From positions 1 to 39,416 of IMG/VR virus record IMGVR_UViG_3300032280_000315: a stretch of 39,416 nucleotides of DNA; one strand, given 5' to 3'. Both the position numbers and the translations under genes were made by a program. Below the pieces are notes generated by a model. The model was given only the letters and a program-made list of their open reading frames with translations. It ran no database searches and was not told where the DNA came from. The first letter of the stretch is position 1. Every line of letters starts with the position of its first letter. The DNA is from a virus (lineage: Duplodnaviria; Caudoviricetes). This document shows positions 35,519-39,416 of the stretch, piece after piece.

Positions 35519-37516
35519 TCAGACGCTGTACTTGGTCAACAACAAATTCTTGATTTCTGCGAGAGCAGCCTTCAATTGCTCCCCGTCAACGAGGTCGGTG
35601 TCGATTACAAACTTGCCGTCTGCGCCCTTACGCTTGGCCAAAGGCTTGGCTTTACTGTAAATGCTGACCTTTGCGGCCTTGCCGTTGACCCACATCGTAT
35701 GGCGAGCGTAGTCGGCAGACTTGCCCGCCACGTACCGCAGCGGTTGCCTGAACCGAGGGTCATTGGTAAGCTCAGACGTTAGTACGAACAGGTCAGGGAG
35801 TTCGTCCCAAATGACGGACCCAATGGCTTCGTTGTTAGACAGCGCAGCCTCGGCTACAAACTCGCGTGTCTCAGTCCACGGCGCGTCGTCCTTGGGGTTG
35901 AACCCCTCCAGATCGACGTTGCTCAGGTACGAATGAATGGCCCCCAAAGCTTCTTCATCGTCAACAAGCGGCCCGACGCTGCCCTTCAGAAACTGCTTCC
36001 AGCTAGCGTCCCCCGCGAGCAGATCGGGCCGGTACACAAAGTGGCGACGCGAGTCGGCTGTAAGCCTGAAAGGGTAGTCACGGTTGGTCGTGAAGTACAT
36101 CCTGAACAACGCTTCCACCGCGTACTCTCTCAGCCCCTTGGGATTGATCCAGCAGCGCTCGGCGGTGACTAGATCTTTCAGCTGATCTTCGTGGCGTTCA
36201 TAGCCCGACTGAAGCTCGTTGACGACCGCCAGCAGCGTACCGCGAGGCCATTCGGTATGTTTCTCGAACATCTGGTTCACACCAATATACTTAGCGTGAG
36301 TTGACCCAATGATACGAGCCAAGAAGTCCCCGAACAACGTTTTACCAATCCCCTCCTGGGCCGAGAGTACGGTGATAGTGATCGTACATTTCTGCTCTGG
36401 GCGTTGCGTCAAATGCGCACACCAGCGCTCCACCCAAGGCCAATGCTCTCCGAACAGACGGCGAGAGAACGACAGCCACATATCTAGCTTGCCCCGCGCC
36501 GAGTCGTCCAAACTCATCAAAGGCTGTACTCCAAACCCCTCCCACAGGTTGTAGTACATATCTGCCGTCAGCCCAGGGGGCTCGCCCGGTCGGAAGCAAT
36601 ACCCCAAGACGGTCAGGCGTTCCTTTGAGTCCAGCCATACCTCAGTGGTCCTCTTCTGCGCGATCTTACCGTTCACGACGGCGTGAGTAAAGCGGTGACG
36701 GTTACGGGACTGCCACGAGGCCAGAGTCTGCGTCGAGCCATCCTCCAGATCGATGATCGTCGCGGCGGGGGTCGGCGCATAGAACGCAAACCCGTTCATC
36801 AGTTCGGACAGGTTGGGGTCCCCGACGTACTCCACCCGTGTCCCTAGCAGCTCATCGGGGTCGCCTCCGGCCTGGATATAGTCGTCCAGTCCAGACTTAC
36901 TCCCAGGAACCGCCCGCGCGGTCTTTCCTATGTAGAGGAAACTGACCTTGGACCCCAGCCCGCTCAGCTTTGCGGCGAAGGACTGGGCTGCGATCTCCAC
37001 GCTGGGCTTGTACCCTCCGCCCGGTGTCCCGTCGTAGTCAAAGACGATGAACACGACCCGATTGACCCAAACGAACTGGTCCAGCGGGCGACATAGGTTG
37101 GCTTTGGGTTCTTTCTTGCCGGGCGACCAGCTGTTGACGCCCCCGAGTCCAATACATGGGAGGCCCCATTTACGGCAAGCCTCCAACGCCTTGAACTCCC
37201 CCTCCGTGATCATGATCGGCGTATCAGCGTCGCCGGCCACGAAGGGCCATACAATCTCTGGATGCTGCGGTAGGTACGCTGCGGTGCCGGAGCCGGTCCG
37301 CTGGAGATACTTGGTCTTTGGCGTGGGCTTATACAGCCGCATACGCTCAAAGGGCTTACCATCTACTGCCATCAGCACGTCATCGTCCAAATCCTTGTAG
37401 ACGATTCGTGCTCCCTCAGCTTCAGTTCCCAGGATCTGGTACTGAGCTGCCTCCTCGATCGACAGCTTCCTCTGATTGAGGAACGCTGTGTACATGCTGA
37501 GCTGTATAGCTGACAT
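35519..37516 (-). CDS. Primase-helicase (DUF3854 TOPRIM domain plus DUF5906/SF3-type P-loop)
   Basis: KYLQ, ITEGEFKA, IGLGGV.SW, IVFDYD and GLDDYI. Helicase motifs QEGIGKT, VVNEL and FTTN. Confidence 0.9.
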   Translation of the reverse strand: MSAIQLSMYTAFLNQRKLSIEEAAQYQILGTEAEGARIVYKDLDDDVLMAVDGKPFERMRLYKPTPKTKYLQRTGSGTAAYLPQHPEIVWPFVAGDADTPIMITEGEFKALEACRKWGLPCIGLGGVNSWSPGKKEPKANLCRPLDQFVWVNRVVFIVFDYDGTPGGGYKPSVEIAAQSFAAKLSGLGSKVSFLYIGKTARAVPGSKSGLDDYIQAGGDPDELLGTRVEYVGDPNLSELMNGFAFYAPTPAATIIDLEDGSTQTLASWQSRNRHRFTHAVVNGKIAQKRTTEVWLDSKERLTVLGYCFRPGEPPGLTADMYYNLWEGFGVQPLMSLDDSARGKLDMWLSFSRRLFGEHWPWVERWCAHLTQRPEQKCTITITVLSAQEGIGKTLFGDFLARIIGSTHAKYIGVNQMFEKHTEWPRGTLLAVVNELQSGYERHEDQLKDLVTAERCWINPKGLREYAVEALFRMYFTTNRDYPFRLTADSRRHFVYRPDLLAGDASWKQFLKGSVGPLVDDEEALGAIHSYLSNVDLEGFNPKDDAPWTETREFVAEAALSNNEAIGSVIWDELPDLFVLTSELTNDPRFRQPLRYVAGKSADYARHTMWVNGKAAKVSIYSKAKPLAKRKGADGKFVIDTDLVDGEQLKAALAEIKNLLLTKYSV

Positions 37517-37531
37517 GACACCACTTAATAT

Positions 37532-37613
37532 AGGTAGACTTGGACACCTGTCTTCGCCTATACTTAGTAGGCGCTCATGACAGGTAGACTTCTTCTTGAG
37601 CTGAGGTAGACTT
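37532..37613. repeat. Three direct repeats AGGTAGACTT in the primase leader
   Basis: Copies at 37532, 37582 and 37604. Confidence 0.85.
37535..37564 (+). promoter_or_regulatory. Putative antisense promoter within the primase leader
   Basis: TAGACT-18-TATACT. Confidence 0.55.
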
Positions 37614-37665
37614 GATGACCACTTCCCGGCCCGTACAGGAGCAACTCCTGGCGGGCCGTCTTTTT
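37571..37665 (+). ncRNA. Candidate ~95-nt antisense RNA to the primase mRNA leader
   Basis: Bounded by the promoter at 37535-37564 and the terminator at 37627-37665, with no convincing ORF. Confidence 0.45.
37627..37665 (+). terminator. Intrinsic terminator
   Basis: CGGCCCG..CAGGAG-CAA-CTCCTG.CGGGCCG followed by TCTTTTT. Confidence 0.7.
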
Positions 37666-37695
37666 AGTATAGCGGAGCCAGTGGCCGCAAATCTA
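37666..37695 (-). promoter_or_regulatory. Putative primase-helicase promoter
   Basis: TAGATT-18-TATACT on the - strand. Confidence 0.55.
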
Positions 37696-37728
37696 CGGGT
37701 CAGGCTCAATTCCCCCACGCGATTCAGA

Positions 37729-37758
37729 TAGACGGGCCCAAAATCCGTCAGTTATGAT
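37729..37758 (+). promoter_or_regulatory. Putative rightward early promoter
   Basis: TAGACG-18-TATGAT upstream of the ORF at 37790. Confidence 0.6.
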
Positions 37759-37789
37759 CGGGGCTACATAAATCTGGAGTTACGACTGT

Positions 37790-38083
37790 ATGAGCGATAC
37801 CAAAGACTCGGACGCCTCACCGGAGTCACTGCCGCTAGCCCTACGCTTGCGAACCTGGTCAGACATGGCGTGGATAGACCGGCAGTCTCTCAAGCAAGAC
37901 CTCAAAGCCGCCGCCGAAATGCTAGACGCACATTCAGCGCTTCGCATGTCGTGGCGAACCCTCGGCGAAGAACTCTCCAAACGAACCAGGGAGGTAGAAC
38001 GTCTACTGGAAATTGAAGCCGAGTACAGCGCTCTCAAGGCTCGCTACAATGAACTGTTGCTAGACTCAATGAGGAAGAAATAA
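37790..38083 (+). CDS. Hypothetical coiled-coil protein
   Basis: 97 aa with a GGAG upstream. Confidence 0.7.
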   Translation: MSDTKDSDASPESLPLALRLRTWSDMAWIDRQSLKQDLKAAAEMLDAHSALRMSWRTLGEELSKRTREVERLLEIEAEYSALKARYNELLLDSMRKK

Positions 38084-38148
38084 TGCTTACTACCATCGTG
38101 ATCGGTATCATTTTCGTCCTTTTCATTTGGGTCTACAATCAACCATGA
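38083..38148 (+). CDS. Tiny hydrophobic peptide (21 aa)
   Basis: MLTTIVIGIIFVLFIWVYNQP, with a TAATG overlap at the 5' end, an ATGA overlap at the 3' end and a GAGG RBS. Confidence 0.55.
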   Translation: MLTTIVIGIIFVLFIWVYNQP

Positions 38149-38396
38149 ACATTCAAGTCGAAGTCCCCGAAAGCATGCCAGCGCCCACCGCCCCGACCGC
38201 CGCGTGCGTGGATGCGATGGATGTGCTGCTGGCCGAAGCGCGTGAAGCGCTGCGCGACATGCATGCGGGGTGGCGATACATCCGCCTCTCGCACGGTGAT
38301 CTTTACGGCGTTGGATGGGACCGCGCAGAAACCAAGGCGGCGAACGCTATGGCCGCCATCGACGCCGCCCTCGCGGCGAAGGAGCAGACGCAATGA
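38145..38396 (+). CDS. Hypothetical protein
   Basis: ATG 38145, coupled to its neighbours. Contains W.YIR..HGDLYGVGWDR. Confidence 0.7.
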   Translation: MNIQVEVPESMPAPTAPTAACVDAMDVLLAEAREALRDMHAGWRYIRLSHGDLYGVGWDRAETKAANAMAAIDAALAAKEQTQ

Positions 38397-38788
38397 GCGA
38401 ATGGAAGATGGTGCCGTGGGTGCCGACGGACGAGATGGTGCAGGCTGCACTGCGGAAATTCCAAGCCGATACAGGCTACGTGTGGGACACGGAAGCGGCT
38501 CCGGTATGGATGCTCGACGCCATCAAAGCCGCCTTCGCAGCCGCCCCGCCCGGCCCGGTCACGACGTTCAAGGTCGACGGCCCCGGCACCGTGACCGTCA
38601 GTGCGACGGGCGTGCGGTTTGAGTCGCCCGCACCGAGCGTGGAGCCGACTGTGCAGGCGGCGTCCGTGAACTGGCTGCTAGAGCAGTGCGATGAGTACCA
38701 GCGCCGGGCGCACGCGGCCGAGCGTGAGGTGCTGGCACTCCGCGCGTATTTTAACAGGCCCCACCCGAAAGTTCGTGGCTCCCAGTAG
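38393..38788 (+). CDS. Hypothetical early protein with WxxVPxxPTxEM motif
   Basis: MSEWKMVPWVPTDEMVQAA, a motif common in small early phage proteins. AAGGAG RBS and ATGA overlap. Confidence 0.72.
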   Translation: MSEWKMVPWVPTDEMVQAALRKFQADTGYVWDTEAAPVWMLDAIKAAFAAAPPGPVTTFKVDGPGTVTVSATGVRFESPAPSVEPTVQAASVNWLLEQCDEYQRRAHAAEREVLALRAYFNRPHPKVRGSQ

Positions 38789-38814
38789 ACTGCTACTAGA
38801 GGACACGATAGAAT
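38786..38814 (+). promoter_or_regulatory. Putative sigma70-like promoter
   Basis: TAGACT-17-TAGAAT followed by hairpin TGGACCG/CGGTCCA (38821-38839). Confidence 0.65.
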
Positions 38815-38867
38815 AACCTCTGGACCGACTAGCGGTCCAAAACACCCCATTTTAATCAGAGGATAGT

Positions 38868-39338
38868 ATGCCGAAAGCCCAACCAAAGCTCCTGAACAAC
38901 GACAGCCAGGAGGTTCTGGAGGTCAAGCAGTACCCCTTTCCCGTGCGCGGCGAGCCGATCACGCTCCTGATCGACGGAAACGAAGTCCACGCCCGCCGCA
39001 CCGCGTGGCGCGACCTGAAGTACACGTATTTCAAGATCGAGAAGGACGGCGTGCTGGGCCAGTACTTCGTGGCGGGCCACATCGGTGACGAGCCGGGCTA
39101 CACGATGCAGTACCCCGAAGCCTTCCAACCGACGCAGTTCAAGTCGGACCGCGAGAAGATGGCGGAGCGGGCCAAAGAACTGCGCGCTGAGAAGGGCGAC
39201 AAGCCGGCGGAGGACGAAGAGGACACCGTCGAGGACGAAGAGGACACCGTCGAGGACGAAGAGGTCACCGTCGAGATTGTGAAAGCTCCGGCCCCCAAGG
39301 CCAAGAAGGGTGGTCGCAAAGTGTCGGCCGAGGCGTAA
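38868..39338 (+). CDS. Hypothetical early protein with acidic repeats and basic tail
   Basis: 156 aa with an AGGA RBS, (EDEE[D/V]TV)x3 and C-terminal PKAKKGGRK. Confidence 0.82.
   Translation: MPKAQPKLLNNDSQEVLEVKQYPFPVRGEPITLLIDGNEVHARRTAWRDLKYTYFKIEKDGVLGQYFVAGHIGDEPGYTMQYPEAFQPTQFKSDREKMAERAKELRAEKGDKPAEDEEDTVEDEEDTVEDEEVTVEIVKAPAPKAKKGGRKVSAEA
39210..39272 (+). repeat. 21-bp tandem repeat x3 (coding EDEEDTV)
   Basis: GAGGACGAAGAGGACACCGTC at 39210 and 39231, and at 39252 with one mismatch. Confidence 0.9.
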
Positions 39339-39416
39339 GCACCTAGCGTGGCCCCCCTTGGCCGCGCTATACTATAGGGGCCGGTCGAGCAATCGCCGGC
39401 CCCTTGTTACTTGTAC
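39294..39416 (+). repeat. Terminal direct repeat, copy 2
   Basis: Identical to 1..123. Confidence 0.95.

Larger units (their letters stand above)
1..39416. mobile_element. Apparently complete tailed dsDNA bacteriophage genome (podovirus-like), circularly permuted assembly
   Basis: Terminase, portal, capsid, tail, lysis and replication genes are all present. Both ends share an identical 123 bp. No host housekeeping genes were seen. Confidence 0.96.

Overview
The window is an apparently complete, circularly assembled dsDNA phage genome. A 123-bp direct repeat at both ends gives a unique length of about 39,293 bp. The structural module is podovirus-like, and I recognised no integrase, repressor or RNA polymerase. 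The + strand (37790-11740, across the junction) carries early genes and a replication module: SSB-like protein, family A DNA polymerase, Cas4/RecB-like nuclease, VRR-NUC and SNF2 helicase. It also carries a thymidine replacement and hypermodification gene set: dUMP hydroxymethylase, P-loop 5-hmdU DNA kinase-like protein, clade-1 and clade-2 aG/PT-PPlase (amino acid:DNA transferase) proteins, HD nucleotidase, DUF3310 and a DenV-like glycosylase. This set includes an unexplained SAM-binding Rossmann protein where PLP, radical-SAM or flavin tailoring enzymes would be expected, which suggests a new modified base. The - strand carries a DUF3854/SF3 primase-helicase, terminase, portal, a PcfJ-like large protein, scaffold, capsid, tail and ejection proteins, and a lysis cassette with no recognisable spanin. 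Notable non-coding signals are a TTAGGG-like inverted-repeat cluster after the primase, a candidate antisense RNA over the primase leader, a TAGAC-type promoter family, and a cloverleaf-like leader before the capsid gene. All family calls come from motif recognition by eye, not database searches.
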